Positions 1-9,733 of a DNA stretch of 64,000 nt are shown piece by piece. The translations under genes and the position numbers were made by a program. The stretch is taken from IMG/VR virus record IMGVR_UViG_3300011008_000010, positions 1 to 64,000 of that record. One strand, written 5' to 3'. Under the pieces are notes generated by a model. The model was not told where the DNA came from. It did no database searches and worked only from the letters and a program-made list of their open reading frames with translations. Source of the DNA: a virus. Its lineage: Duplodnaviria > Caudoviricetes. Each line of letters opens with the position of its first letter. Position 1 is the stretch's first letter.

Positions 1-481
<481 letters not shown>

Positions 482-483
482 TT

Positions 484-699
484 CTATTCCTCCTGTGCTC
501 CTTTCAAAGCCAAAACCCGATTGCGAACGTGGTATAATGCAACCCACGCCAAACCGTCAACATCGTCACTCCAAGTACCTACTTCTTCTTGCCATTTGTC
601 TATGATCTCTAATACCCGATCAATTTCTACAAGTCGTCTTTCCATCTGTGGTGTTGCGACGTATGCAGGGCGTATTCTATCTGCATCATATATCTTCAT
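484..699 (-). CDS. hypothetical protein
   Basis: 71 aa ORF with RBS, packed against the next gene. Confidence 0.7.
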   Translation of the reverse strand: MKIYDADRIRPAYVATPQMERRLVEIDRVLEIIDKWQEEVGTWSDDVDGLAWVALYHVRNRVLALKGAQEE

Positions 700-770
700 T
701 CTTGTTCCTCTTCTTTTTTATTCCTGTTATACGCTGTTATCAGTTCCTTTGCGGTTACCTTCATAAAAAC

Positions 771-1946
771 TCATTTTTCCACCCAATCATCCACAACCTT
801 CCCCGGAAATCTTAAATCAAAATACTTTTCGGCAGTTTCCGGATAATTGTTTTCAAAATCTGTCAATGCACGCATAGCCGTACACAACTTTCCTTCAGTC
901 TTAATCCTGGCTTGATTCGTAAGGCAGTATTTTCTAAACGTCATTTTCTTAAAGAAGTTTGGTTGATTACCCCATCTTGCCATAGTTATATACATTTCTC
1001 TATATTTAGAGCGCTTCCAGGGGGTATCATTTTTGTCTTGATACCGCATAATATATGGTAAGCACCTATACTGCATCAATAAGGCAATCCGCTTAAAGGC
1101 ATTTTCTATGTCAACATGATCTGTACTCTCAAATGCAACAAGAACGTAGAACTTCATACATGTTACACTAGTATACTTCCTTATCAGGTGGAGTTTTTCA
1201 TGTATTAAGTCATAGTCTGAAATGTTATCAAATGCGAAAGTGTAATCGCCATCATAATTCGCATTAAAAAGCATTTTGCATTTTTCATCCGTTAGCAGCC
1301 TCTCATCCATCCCTTGTTTAAATTTAAATGGCTTTTGTGTTGCTATAAGCTCTTCAATAATGTTTTTCCACTGTCCACAACCAAGGACATTATCGTCTAA
1401 TAAGCATATTTTCTTTCGAGTTGGATCATAAAATTCCTCTAAAGGACTATGTCTAAATACGTGATCATACTTCTGATTTACACAAAATGCGCATTTCCTA
1501 AAACAGCCTCTTGTCATAAACCCAATACTGTAATCTGTATACTCCTTAAATCGGTTCATATAGCTGGCCTTATTAAATTCAGATCCTTCTGCTATTGCTA
1601 TCTGCTCAGCTTTCTTTACCTCTTCTTCTATCCAGTCATCATACAGATGGTAATCAGGCATATGATGTTCTATCTCATCCGGAAGGTTTGGAGCTTTATC
1701 AAAATAAAATCCGGTACCGCCTATATGCACTTTTTCTGTTTCGTGTAGTCCTTCTGGTACCGGAGTATCAGTAAAAACCTTCGATATAAAAACTTGATCA
1801 TATTCATCAAATTTTTCATAATCAAGTTTTAGTTCAACAGTTGCACCTCTTTCCTTCCAGTATGCGGATAGTTTCTCGCAGACAAGGTTAGGAAAGCGAT
1901 GTTTTTGGCGACCAATAAGATCGGCATCGACAATTGCAATTTTCAT
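771..1946 (-). CDS. radical SAM protein
   Basis: TRGCFRKCAFC (CxxxCxxC), LLDDN, N-terminal FPNL..KLS..GGTG segment typical of phage-associated radical SAM proteins. Confidence 0.9.
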   Translation of the reverse strand: MKIAIVDADLIGRQKHRFPNLVCEKLSAYWKERGATVELKLDYEKFDEYDQVFISKVFTDTPVPEGLHETEKVHIGGTGFYFDKAPNLPDEIEHHMPDYHLYDDWIEEEVKKAEQIAIAEGSEFNKASYMNRFKEYTDYSIGFMTRGCFRKCAFCVNQKYDHVFRHSPLEEFYDPTRKKICLLDDNVLGCGQWKNIIEELIATQKPFKFKQGMDERLLTDEKCKMLFNANYDGDYTFAFDNISDYDLIHEKLHLIRKYTSVTCMKFYVLVAFESTDHVDIENAFKRIALLMQYRCLPYIMRYQDKNDTPWKRSKYREMYITMARWGNQPNFFKKMTFRKYCLTNQARIKTEGKLCTAMRALTDFENNYPETAEKYFDLRFPGKVVDDWVEK

Positions 1947-1957
1947 AGTTACCTCTA

Positions 1958-2251
1958 CTATTTAATAGGATTCTCCTCCGCATTATTATCTGGAATCATC
2001 TCCATAATGTCCGAAACATCGCAGTTTAATACTCCACATATCTTTGCCGGGGTGATAGCCAATGCAACATAGTTGTCAGCCATCCCTAAACCACTATGGA
2101 CATAGGTTATCTCGTATTCTTTTTCATCCAAGCCATGTGTAAAAACGGAACTCCATCCACTATCATCTACATCCTGTTTAATCCCTACCGCCGCCCCACA
2201 ACAAGGGCAATTATTGATCGAAATATCCTTCAAGTCTTTCCTCCTGTTCAA
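1958..2251 (-). CDS. chimeric ORF ending in the C-terminal part of a Cro/C1-type HTH
   Basis: C-terminus KICGVLNCDVSDIMEMIPD resembles the end of HTH_26 proteins; N-terminal helices missing. Confidence 0.45.
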   Translation of the reverse strand: MNRRKDLKDISINNCPCCGAAVGIKQDVDDSGWSSVFTHGLDEKEYEITYVHSGLGMADNYVALAITPAKICGVLNCDVSDIMEMIPDNNAEENPIK

Positions 2252-2420
2252 TCATCGGCATCATTATCTGCATCTGCTCCCGTATCGTATCATCCCACAG
2301 GCAGCAATCGTATAACTCTCCGTCACATACGCTGTCGCATACTTCACAACGGAGTCTGTAATCATCGTCCATGCCGAAGCTGTATTTACATTCAAGGCGT
2401 AGGTGAAATGGTATTTTCAT
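2211..2420 (-). CDS. hypothetical Cys-rich protein
   Basis: 69 aa ORF overlapping the MTase stop, GGAG RBS. Confidence 0.6.
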   Translation of the reverse strand: MKIPFHLRLECKYSFGMDDDYRLRCEVCDSVCDGELYDCCLWDDTIREQMQIMMPMIEQEERLEGYFDQ

Positions 2421-2767
2421 AGTTCCATCCTCCTTGCTATCTCGTAAATAACAGGTACGGTAACGCCGTTGCCTGACTGTTTATACAACTGACTGTCAGA
2501 ATTAACAAACTGTGTCCTCTCAAAATAATCATCCGTCCATCCCTGCAATCTAAAACACTCTATCGGCGTTAACCGCCTGATTGCTATGTAACATTGTTCC
2601 GGCTCGTACCAGACCGCATAAGCAATCACGCCTCCTTCAAGTTCGACAAATATCCCCTGATCGCTTTCTTCTGCATCCACCTCCACCTTTACATGCGGTT
2701 CGGCTTCATTCCCCGTGCCTTTGTAATATCGGGCAAGTATTGTCCCAGCGTTGTCAGCGTCTTTCAT
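2417..2767 (-). CDS. C5 DNA methyltransferase, C-terminal part (TRD-like module plus motifs IX-X)
   Basis: RRLTPIECFRLQG and QLYKQSGNGVTV; its ATG overlaps the upstream TGA (ATGA). Confidence 0.9.
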   Translation of the reverse strand: MKDADNAGTILARYYKGTGNEAEPHVKVEVDAEESDQGIFVELEGGVIAYAVWYEPEQCYIAIRRLTPIECFRLQGWTDDYFERTQFVNSDSQLYKQSGNGVTVPVIYEIARRMEL

Positions 2768-2925
2768 TTGCCCCCCCCCTCAATCCGACGTTTATCAAGG
2801 ATGACCGCAACGCCGCTCGTTTCGGCTTTATGACTGGAATATCCTTTGTGATATCTGCTCTGCAAACATCTTGCTTCATCTGTCAGCACCAATCCTCCGC
2901 CAATCGTCAAATCAACAAATTTCAT
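2764..2925 (-). CDS. C5 MTase TRD-like module (53 aa, below ORF track cutoff)
   Basis: MKFVDLTIGGGLVLTDEARCLQSRYHKGYSSHKAETSGVAVILDKRRIEGGGK; GGAG 9 nt upstream of ATG. Confidence 0.65.
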   Translation of the reverse strand: MKFVDLTIGGGLVLTDEARCLQSRYHKGYSSHKAETSGVAVILDKRRIEGGGK

Positions 2926-3172
2926 TTACGTCTACTCCTATCGCTATCTCGTGACGATCCTGCCCGGTCAGCGTGAAGGCATCCTCGCCGTTTTCCTTAA
3001 ACCGTCTGCCGTTCTGCCGCTTGTCCGCTCTGTCAGGCGTAAGAACGGGAATAACGACTTCCGGATTGTTCCCGTGCGCCTGCGCCCTGAGTGTAGGTAC
3101 AGTATCGCTCGGCTCGACCTCTTTATTCAGTCTCCCCCCCCTGTCTATCACACCCAACATGGATTGCGACAT
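2912..3172 (-). CDS. C5 MTase variable-region fragment (two TRD-like modules)
   Basis: VPTLRAQAHGNNPEV and IPVLTPDRADKRQNGRRFKENGEDAFTLTGQDRH, modules typical of Firmicutes phage multi-TRD MTases. Confidence 0.75.
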   Translation of the reverse strand: MSQSMLGVIDRGGRLNKEVEPSDTVPTLRAQAHGNNPEVVIPVLTPDRADKRQNGRRFKENGEDAFTLTGQDRHEIAIGVDVNEIC

Positions 3173-3695
3173 GATGCCCTCTACCGCCCCCCCCCCGCTG
3201 TGTCAAGGGCTTCCGTGATTCCGTCTCGGCTAAACACCTGCCGATTTCTTCTGTACCCGTCTTTGTGTCCGATGATTGAAACACGATTTTCTCTGTCTGC
3301 TGTTTCGACAGGAAATACTTCTGATCTACCGCATCCTCTAAGATGTCCGATAATGAATATTCTCTCTCGGTTTTGCGGGACGTAATCGGCAGAATTGAGA
3401 ACCTGCCACTCCGCATCGTACCCGCCTTTGTCCATTTCAACGAGAAGTCGGGCGAAATCCCATCCTCTATTAACACTAAGCAGATTTTTAACATTCTCAA
3501 TGAATAGGGTACGGGGTCTTTCTTCTTCTGGGAGTTGTCCCAAAAGGTACATAATTCTGAAAAACAGGCTTGAACGCTTTCCCGTGAATCCACATTGTTT
3601 TCCTGCAACACTAAGGTCCTGGCATGGGAAGCCGAAGCACCAACAGTCTGCCCGTGGGATATCTCCGGCATAAACTCGTCTAATGTCATCTGCAT
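3123..3695 (-). CDS. alternative-frame overlapping polypeptide inside the MTase (beta-chain-like)
   Basis: ~190 codons open inside the MTase; GGAG RBS 6 nt before MQMTLDEF; contains WTKAGTMRSG and YSLSDILEDAVDQKYFLS. Confidence 0.65.
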   Translation of the reverse strand: MQMTLDEFMPEISHGQTVGASASHARTLVLQENNVDSRESVQACFSELCTFWDNSQKKKDPVPYSLRMLKICLVLIEDGISPDFSLKWTKAGTMRSGRFSILPITSRKTEREYSLSDILEDAVDQKYFLSKQQTEKIVFQSSDTKTGTEEIGRCLAETESRKPLTQRGGGGRGHHVAIHVGCDRQGGETE

Positions 3696-3918
3696 ACCAT
3701 TCTCCATTCCTGTATTCCTCTTTCGTGATTTCCTTCTGCCTTTGTTTTAGGTCAAGAGAGGCAAGGCATTCCCGCTGCTGATCCGTTAAAAGGTGCATGG
3801 AAACATAACTCATATAGGCAAACTTATCAAACTCGCAGAATCCTACGCACTTATGCCCTGCCAATTCCATGCCCCGCCGAAATCCTCCAATCCCGGCAAA
3901 CCAGTCGATAAATGTCAT
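3181..3918 (-). CDS. C5 DNA (cytosine-5) methyltransferase, catalytic N-terminal part
   Basis: FAGIGG (I), GFPCQDLS (IV), ENVKNL (VI), QNRERIF (VIII); ends at TAG just after a G10 tract. Confidence 0.95.
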   Translation of the reverse strand: MTFIDWFAGIGGFRRGMELAGHKCVGFCEFDKFAYMSYVSMHLLTDQQRECLASLDLKQRQKEITKEEYRNGEWYADDIRRVYAGDIPRADCWCFGFPCQDLSVAGKQCGFTGKRSSLFFRIMYLLGQLPEEERPRTLFIENVKNLLSVNRGWDFARLLVEMDKGGYDAEWQVLNSADYVPQNRERIFIIGHLRGCGRSEVFPVETADRENRVSIIGHKDGYRRNRQVFSRDGITEALDTAGGGR

Positions 3919-4032
3919 GATCTTTCCCTCTCTACGCTGTCAAAATACTCCCTGTACCGTTCCTCTTTCCACAATCCTTCTGGCGGTTCACCGCCTAAAA
4001 GTGCGGTTTTCCAGTATTCGTACCGAAGCATC
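3915..4032 (-). CDS. small hypothetical protein
   Basis: MLRYEYWK... fills the gap, ATGA-coupled to the MTase. Confidence 0.35.
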
Positions 4033-4038
4033 TGGTTT

Positions 4039-4356
4039 TCATTCCACGACCTCTTTCTTATGTCGGATATACGGCACACCATTCCAGTCATAGCCATCAT
4101 CAAAATTCCATTTCAGTTCCCAGAAAGATACAAAATTGTCGCAGTAGCAAAAGTTCGGCGCGTTGTTATGCGGCATCCTTTTTCCCAGTTCATCCCACGG
4201 TACATAGTTATGACTTCCCCATCCCCATGCTCCGCACTCCCGCACTACCTCACCTTCAACGCCTAACAGATAGACGGTATCGCCCTCAATCAACTTCGAG
4301 CCGTGTATTCCTGCCTCATTTGGCGGCTCACTATAAAAACCGCTCCATTTATTCAT
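4039..4356 (-). CDS. hypothetical protein
   Basis: 105 aa ORF with RBS. Confidence 0.7.
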   Translation of the reverse strand: MNKWSGFYSEPPNEAGIHGSKLIEGDTVYLLGVEGEVVRECGAWGWGSHNYVPWDELGKRMPHNNAPNFCYCDNFVSFWELKWNFDDGYDWNGVPYIRHKKEVVE

Positions 4357-4402
4357 TTGTGTTTACCCCTTTTTCTGTACCAACCTTAAAAAATTATACT
4401 AT

Positions 4403-4663
4403 TCAAAATTTTGTGACATATCCAGTTGCTAAGAAAGGGCACTCATCTCCTTCATCTACGGCACATCTGTCATCCATTAAATGACAAACAAATATTTCTT
4501 GTTTATATTCGTCAGACACTTTGACTCCACCACAATCATCGCAATATTCCACATCTTCATTTTCTTCTAATTCTTCTAAAACCTCACTGTCAACAGCGAC
4601 AACATATGCAGAATACAAACATTCAAGTGGATCTGTGGGTATTGCGTCAACCAACAATCTCAT
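4403..4663 (-). CDS. hypothetical Cys/acidic protein
   Basis: 86 aa ORF, AGGAG RBS. Confidence 0.7.
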   Translation of the reverse strand: MRLLVDAIPTDPLECLYSAYVVAVDSEVLEELEENEDVEYCDDCGGVKVSDEYKQEIFVCHLMDDRCAVDEGDECPFLATGYVTKF

Positions 4664-4875
4664 CTATATATCTCCTTAAAAAATTTAATTAATTTCGGCA
4701 TTACAACCAAAATAAACGCCACAACTAAAACAATCGCGATATCTATCCATACAGGAAGTAATACCAAATACCAAGGCCAATCTATAACTCCGGTTAATCT
4801 AAGACAAATAAGTATAACCAACAGCGTACTAGACAAAGACATACCTGTGCTCGTCAATTTTCCGTTGTCTTTCAT
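4660..4875 (-). CDS. small transmembrane protein
   Basis: LICLRLTGVIDWPWYLVLLPVW, a common phage membrane motif; TAATG coupling. Confidence 0.8.
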   Translation of the reverse strand: MKDNGKLTSTGMSLSSTLLVILICLRLTGVIDWPWYLVLLPVWIDIAIVLVVAFILVVMPKLIKFFKEIYR

Positions 4876-6071
4876 TACCCCTCTCCAACCAACTCGTCCA
4901 ACCAAGATAAATCATCGTCTCCAGCCGTTGTCTTTTTTGTAACACCAAGCAAATCTTGTGCGGCTCGTTTTTCTTCCTCTTCTTTCGCAAGCCTATCGCA
5001 ATAAGCTGCAAGAGGCCGATGTTGTTCAATAGAATATTCACTTATTTGAATCAAAAAGTAACTATTTTTTTCAACACTTTCCTCATCATCCCACCATACT
5101 TGATCATCATGTTTCTCTTTCCACTCATGCATACGATTATCAATCTCAGAAACAATATCAATAATTTCTTTTCGAAGGTCATCATACATTGAAAGAGGAT
5201 CGTCAATTACAATGTAACAATCTTTGATATCAAACTTATTCTTTACGTTGTCCGGCAAATGTTCGATTGTATTGTTCTGAATCATAAGAGCAAGTATTTC
5301 ATTTTGTTCTTCTTCGGATAATTCTGTCTCTTTTAGCCACATAGCAGCTTTCTGTTGTAGTTTTTCACCAATCTGACATCTTTCAATCGTAGAAACTTTT
5401 GACTTGCCATTTTTTTGTATAATATCAACATTGCAATAGCGAAGCATATTAAACTGCGCTTTAATCTTATTTGCAGGAACACCAAGTTGTTCCAGGGCTT
5501 TGGCATAAATAATAACCTGTGCCGCCTTTTCTTTTAATTTTTCACCGGAAAAACCGGATTTGGAACTGGTTTTAAAATCATTGATGACGTAATTACCATC
5601 TGAATCTTTATAGATATCATCGGCATAACCGTTAATAACCAAGCCTGGTTGTATTTCAGTTACAAGGAATCTTTCCATCTCATGTTTTGTATCAACCGGT
5701 TTGTAATTCTCAAAGAAATGTTCCAAATCAGTCTTGTATTTCATAGCAATAGATTGATTCAGTTTTTCGTCTACGTTGTTAAACTTTAAACCAAACAATT
5801 CAATCTGAGTCATATACTCGGTTCGGAACTCTTCAAGCATATCTCCATATTTAATTTCTCCATTGTAATATTTCTCTAAAACACTATGAACAGCACCCCC
5901 AATGATCCCATAAGGAGAGACTATATCTTTTTTAGGCTGCTCGTGTTTTACATACTTCAAAAAGAATAAATACGGAGATGTGTGGAATGTATCTAATCTG
6001 CTATAACTCCAAAGTTCTTCTACATGATATTTTTCTTTTACTTTTTCCAGTTCTTCACTTGATAATCTCAT
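4875..6071 (-). CDS. PD-(D/E)XK (RecB/Cas4-like) nuclease
   Basis: WSYSRL, G.AVH..LE, GYADD...INDFKTS, Q...Y motifs. Confidence 0.85.
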   Translation of the reverse strand: MRLSSEELEKVKEKYHVEELWSYSRLDTFHTSPYLFFLKYVKHEQPKKDIVSPYGIIGGAVHSVLEKYYNGEIKYGDMLEEFRTEYMTQIELFGLKFNNVDEKLNQSIAMKYKTDLEHFFENYKPVDTKHEMERFLVTEIQPGLVINGYADDIYKDSDGNYVINDFKTSSKSGFSGEKLKEKAAQVIIYAKALEQLGVPANKIKAQFNMLRYCNVDIIQKNGKSKVSTIERCQIGEKLQQKAAMWLKETELSEEEQNEILALMIQNNTIEHLPDNVKNKFDIKDCYIVIDDPLSMYDDLRKEIIDIVSEIDNRMHEWKEKHDDQVWWDDEESVEKNSYFLIQISEYSIEQHRPLAAYCDRLAKEEEEKRAAQDLLGVTKKTTAGDDDLSWLDELVGEG

Positions 6072-7138
6072 AATGCTGTTCTCCCATACTTTATAATGTA
6101 GGCCTTGTGCATTGTTTCGTTATAAACCATTCTGTCATCAATCATTTTCAGGCAGTCTTTGTTTCTAAGATCTGCTATTGATTGTTTTGGTTTCAAAATG
6201 TTTCCGGTCAGGTCTCTGGTAAAACTAACCTTTTTATATGGATAGATCTTTTCGCATGCATAAAAAACTTCCTTTAAACTTACATCTTGATCAAATGAGA
6301 TAACTATCTCTGACACGTCCAGTGCCGCAAGTAATCTTTTTTGTTCATCTGATAAAGAGTGTCCGCTGATTGCGCAAAATCTTCTGTCTCCTAGCGAATG
6401 TCTTTTTAAGACACTCTTTTCTGATTCAACAACAATACAGCACCTTGCTTCTTCCATATATTTTCGATTTTCCCAAAGACCATAAATGTTGCTTGATTTT
6501 ATATATCCTTTGCTAATTAGGAATTTTGGAATCCCAAGTTCCTCATAGTTGTCTATAACTGTTCTGGCGTTGTAAGCAACCAGTTCGCCGTTTACAGCAT
6601 ATCGATGAGGATATATAATCCTTTTCTGTTCATATGAGTATTTGACACCAAACTCTTTACATGTTTTTGGTGTAACTCCTTCTCTGAAAAGCCCTTCCCA
6701 TTCCAGATCAACGAACCTGTTCATAATTATCTCATTGATGGATTCCACGGGCTTCACAGGCTTAACAACATATCTGTATCTTTTTAACCGAATAAAAGGA
6801 TTGTCTTTCGGAACAGCATTTACTGCTTTTTTATATCCTGCATATGGAAGTCCAAGCATTTGGCATATCCATTTATATGCAGGAAAAAACTCGCATCCTT
6901 TTATATTCTTTGTAAAAGAGATGATTCCTCCCCGGAAGCCTCTTGTCCAGTTAATGACAACAACCGAATCCTCGTTAATGTAACAGGTTATTGCGCTTGT
7001 ATTATCACCATCAGGATTGCTTGCGGTTATGTAATTGTCTTTTATTTTTATGTTGTCACATTGAAGTCCTTCTAATATTTTTGGCACTGCATCAATCGCG
7101 TTTTCTGCTATGTATATGTTCAACTCCCTTGCATCCAT
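6068..7138 (-). CDS. DNA primase-like TOPRIM protein (SPbeta yorJ position)
   Basis: VVESEKS and SFDQD TOPRIM motifs; follows helicase. Confidence 0.8.
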   Translation of the reverse strand: MDARELNIYIAENAIDAVPKILEGLQCDNIKIKDNYITASNPDGDNTSAITCYINEDSVVVINWTRGFRGGIISFTKNIKGCEFFPAYKWICQMLGLPYAGYKKAVNAVPKDNPFIRLKRYRYVVKPVKPVESINEIIMNRFVDLEWEGLFREGVTPKTCKEFGVKYSYEQKRIIYPHRYAVNGELVAYNARTVIDNYEELGIPKFLISKGYIKSSNIYGLWENRKYMEEARCCIVVESEKSVLKRHSLGDRRFCAISGHSLSDEQKRLLAALDVSEIVISFDQDVSLKEVFYACEKIYPYKKVSFTRDLTGNILKPKQSIADLRNKDCLKMIDDRMVYNETMHKAYIIKYGRTAL

Positions 7139-7152
7139 AGGAGCGACTCCTC

Positions 7153-8688
7153 TTACACATCTTCCGGTATCACACACTTGCCCAAGTCTTTAAAGGTATT
7201 TGTTGAAAAATCAAATTGCGTTACTATCGAATAAGTATCTTGCTGACCAAAACGATTCTTCCCGAAGAACCAAACCATATAATGATTTTGTTTTCCGGTT
7301 TTTTCGTCAACTGGTTCAAGAAGATATTCAATTCTGCTTCCTTTCCCCGCATCAATCCAGTACTTAATTTCCCTGTTACCGCCTTTCATTTCGCTATTAT
7401 CTACCCTTCTGAATAAAATAGAAGTAGAATACACGTCCGTTGCGTTTCTGGACATTCCGATGTCATAATTGGTTAAATGCTTCGTTTTCATGCTTGCTTT
7501 TGCAATTTGCATTGATACAATTAACGCCACATTTAAAGAAGCTGGTTTGATCGTATCGTATAACTTAACCGAATCTCTCAACATAGATCTCCAAGATTCA
7601 TCTTTTGTTCCTGCCGACTCTTTAAACGTATCAAGCACGAACAGATTAACATCAAATAAAGATTTGTATTTTTTTATAACCTTTATTGCGAGATCTGCCG
7701 TATATGTTTCAAGCGGAACAATTGTCAACAAGTGTTCTTCTGAACGTTCTTTGAGATATTCAGCGGCGCTATACAGAATCTCCTTTGTTTCATCATCAAA
7801 ATTGCCATCTCTTACAACACTCTTCTTTACAGGCGTTTTTAATATATTGGAGCAGCACCATAAAATCATTTCTCTTTTAACTTTTGCCTGATCCTCTTCA
7901 TTGATAATAAAAACACATTTTGTCTTATAATCAATGATTGAAGGCATAAGATAATTAATCAGTACTGTTGATTTTCCTGCTCCGGTGATACCTGCAAAGT
8001 TATAAATATTGCCCGGTCTAATCCCTCCTATTTCATCATTAATCATCATTGTCCGTTCGTTTGGACCAAACGGCACGCCAACCTGACTTCCTTTATCCCA
8101 TTCGTCAATTAATTCATTTAATCCTTCAAATCCATCGTATGACTCAATTTTGTTTTCTGCGTTTGCGAATACATGATTCAGCCTTCCTTCGTAAAGATAG
8201 TAAATGTCTTCTATATCCATATCCGAAAACTCCGAAAAGTTTTCAGCGACTGGGAATCCAAAGTCTACAAGTTGTCTGATCGCATTCCATTTTTTAACTT
8301 CTGATATAAAACCCTCAAAAGATTCCTCATCTACAAATTCACCTGCTTCCGCTACGGTTTTATATCCACCATATTCTTCCCATACCTCTTTCAACTTCTC
8401 GTGTTTGGCAAGATACATTCCGCAATTAATATCTGTAAGAGCCATATTTTCGCGAGTAACACCAAGCGCAACTTCCAAATAAACTCTGTAGATATTGTTT
8501 GAAAAATCAGTTGTTTTTAAATCAAGAGCGGCCAACTTATTAGGGTTTTTGTAGATAACACCCACAATGCTCGCCTCTGCATTCAATATAACTTCATTTA
8601 TTCTTTCTGAAATTTTCGCTTGTTCTTGCTGATATGGGCTAAGTTTCTCCTTTGCTTTTACTCCGGTTTGTAATTTAACGATTGCCAT
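7153..8688 (-). CDS. dnaB: DnaB-like replicative helicase
   Basis: Walker A GITGAGKST, Walker B VLDTFK, SMQ, KNRFG. Confidence 0.9.
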   Translation of the reverse strand: MAIVKLQTGVKAKEKLSPYQQEQAKISERINEVILNAEASIVGVIYKNPNKLAALDLKTTDFSNNIYRVYLEVALGVTRENMALTDINCGMYLAKHEKLKEVWEEYGGYKTVAEAGEFVDEESFEGFISEVKKWNAIRQLVDFGFPVAENFSEFSDMDIEDIYYLYEGRLNHVFANAENKIESYDGFEGLNELIDEWDKGSQVGVPFGPNERTMMINDEIGGIRPGNIYNFAGITGAGKSTVLINYLMPSIIDYKTKCVFIINEEDQAKVKREMILWCCSNILKTPVKKSVVRDGNFDDETKEILYSAAEYLKERSEEHLLTIVPLETYTADLAIKVIKKYKSLFDVNLFVLDTFKESAGTKDESWRSMLRDSVKLYDTIKPASLNVALIVSMQIAKASMKTKHLTNYDIGMSRNATDVYSTSILFRRVDNSEMKGGNREIKYWIDAGKGSRIEYLLEPVDEKTGKQNHYMVWFFGKNRFGQQDTYSIVTQFDFSTNTFKDLGKCVIPEDV

Positions 8689-9171
8689 CTACCACAGATC
8701 CTTTGACGTTTCTGATATATACCTGGAAGCCTTCGGTTTATATTTAGCGCCTATATGTTTCTCATCATAAATTATCTTCTTTGTTATTTCTTCAGTGTGT
8801 TTTTTTGTCTTCCACGCATCATAAACCATATTAAGTTTTGATGCTGCAATCGCACACAAATAAGCAACTGCATTTGATTCTGTTTTAAAATCTTTGTTTT
8901 CAGAAAACTTCAAATAACCATCCTTAGAAAGAACAATGGCTCCGTATACCACTTCTAAAGGATACTCGCCATTGTCTTTTGTTTTATTGTTTGCTATTAC
9001 CTTTCCATTCTGTAATCCCTTTAACCTAAGAACCGCTTGTTTTTGCAATCTTTGATTGTTATCATAGTGGAGAATGTCCTTTTCAACAAATAAAAATATT
9101 TTTCTCCATAATGCTTTTTCCTCTTCGGAATACTTTCTTTTTGGCGGTTGTTTTAGTTTGCTTTGAGACAT
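8689..9171 (-). CDS. hypothetical replication protein (yorH position, possible helicase loader)
   Basis: 160 aa, directly upstream of the helicase. Confidence 0.65.
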   Translation of the reverse strand: MSQSKLKQPPKRKYSEEEKALWRKIFLFVEKDILHYDNNQRLQKQAVLRLKGLQNGKVIANNKTKDNGEYPLEVVYGAIVLSKDGYLKFSENKDFKTESNAVAYLCAIAASKLNMVYDAWKTKKHTEEITKKIIYDEKHIGAKYKPKASRYISETSKDLW

Positions 9172-9563
9172 CAGTTTTTCTCTTCGCCGGGTACCGATTC
9201 GACATCATCAATGTCCATACCAATATCCTCATCAAATTCTTTGTCACTTAATCCATGATCGTTCAAACTGTCACGGATTACTTTTGCCTTTTCGACAATA
9301 TCCTCATATGTCCGTTCTTTTGGTTTTTTGTCTTCTTCATTTCCTTTTTCGTCCTCAATCTCCTGATCGTCCTCGATTCCATAATCCGGATCAAAAATGC
9401 CACACCCTTTATGTCTGATTTTATTTTTTCGTTCTTTGTTTACCGTAAAGCGCGAGATACCACAATAAAAGGAATCTCCGTGCGCCTCATCATAATAAGA
9501 GAATACGCAATCAGCACAATTGTTTGGCATTTTTTCAATCACATCAGGTTGAATACAAATCAT
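9171..9563 (-). CDS. hypothetical protein
   Basis: 130 aa, MPxxCxxCxF motif, acidic tail. Confidence 0.7.
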   Translation of the reverse strand: MICIQPDVIEKMPNNCADCVFSYYDEAHGDSFYCGISRFTVNKERKNKIRHKGCGIFDPDYGIEDDQEIEDEKGNEEDKKPKERTYEDIVEKAKVIRDSLNDHGLSDKEFDEDIGMDIDDVESVPGEEKN

Positions 9564-9733
9564 TATTTATTCCTCATTCCTAACTTTGGATAACCGGGGC
9601 TCTTCCGTGAGAAGAAAAGTTTGGATATAGTAATAACGAGGGTAATATCGTTATGGGGGACGATATTTTGTATTTTATTTTGGTTTGGGTTTGGTCGAGC
9701 CCCGGTTTCCCACACACACATATTACACACGAA

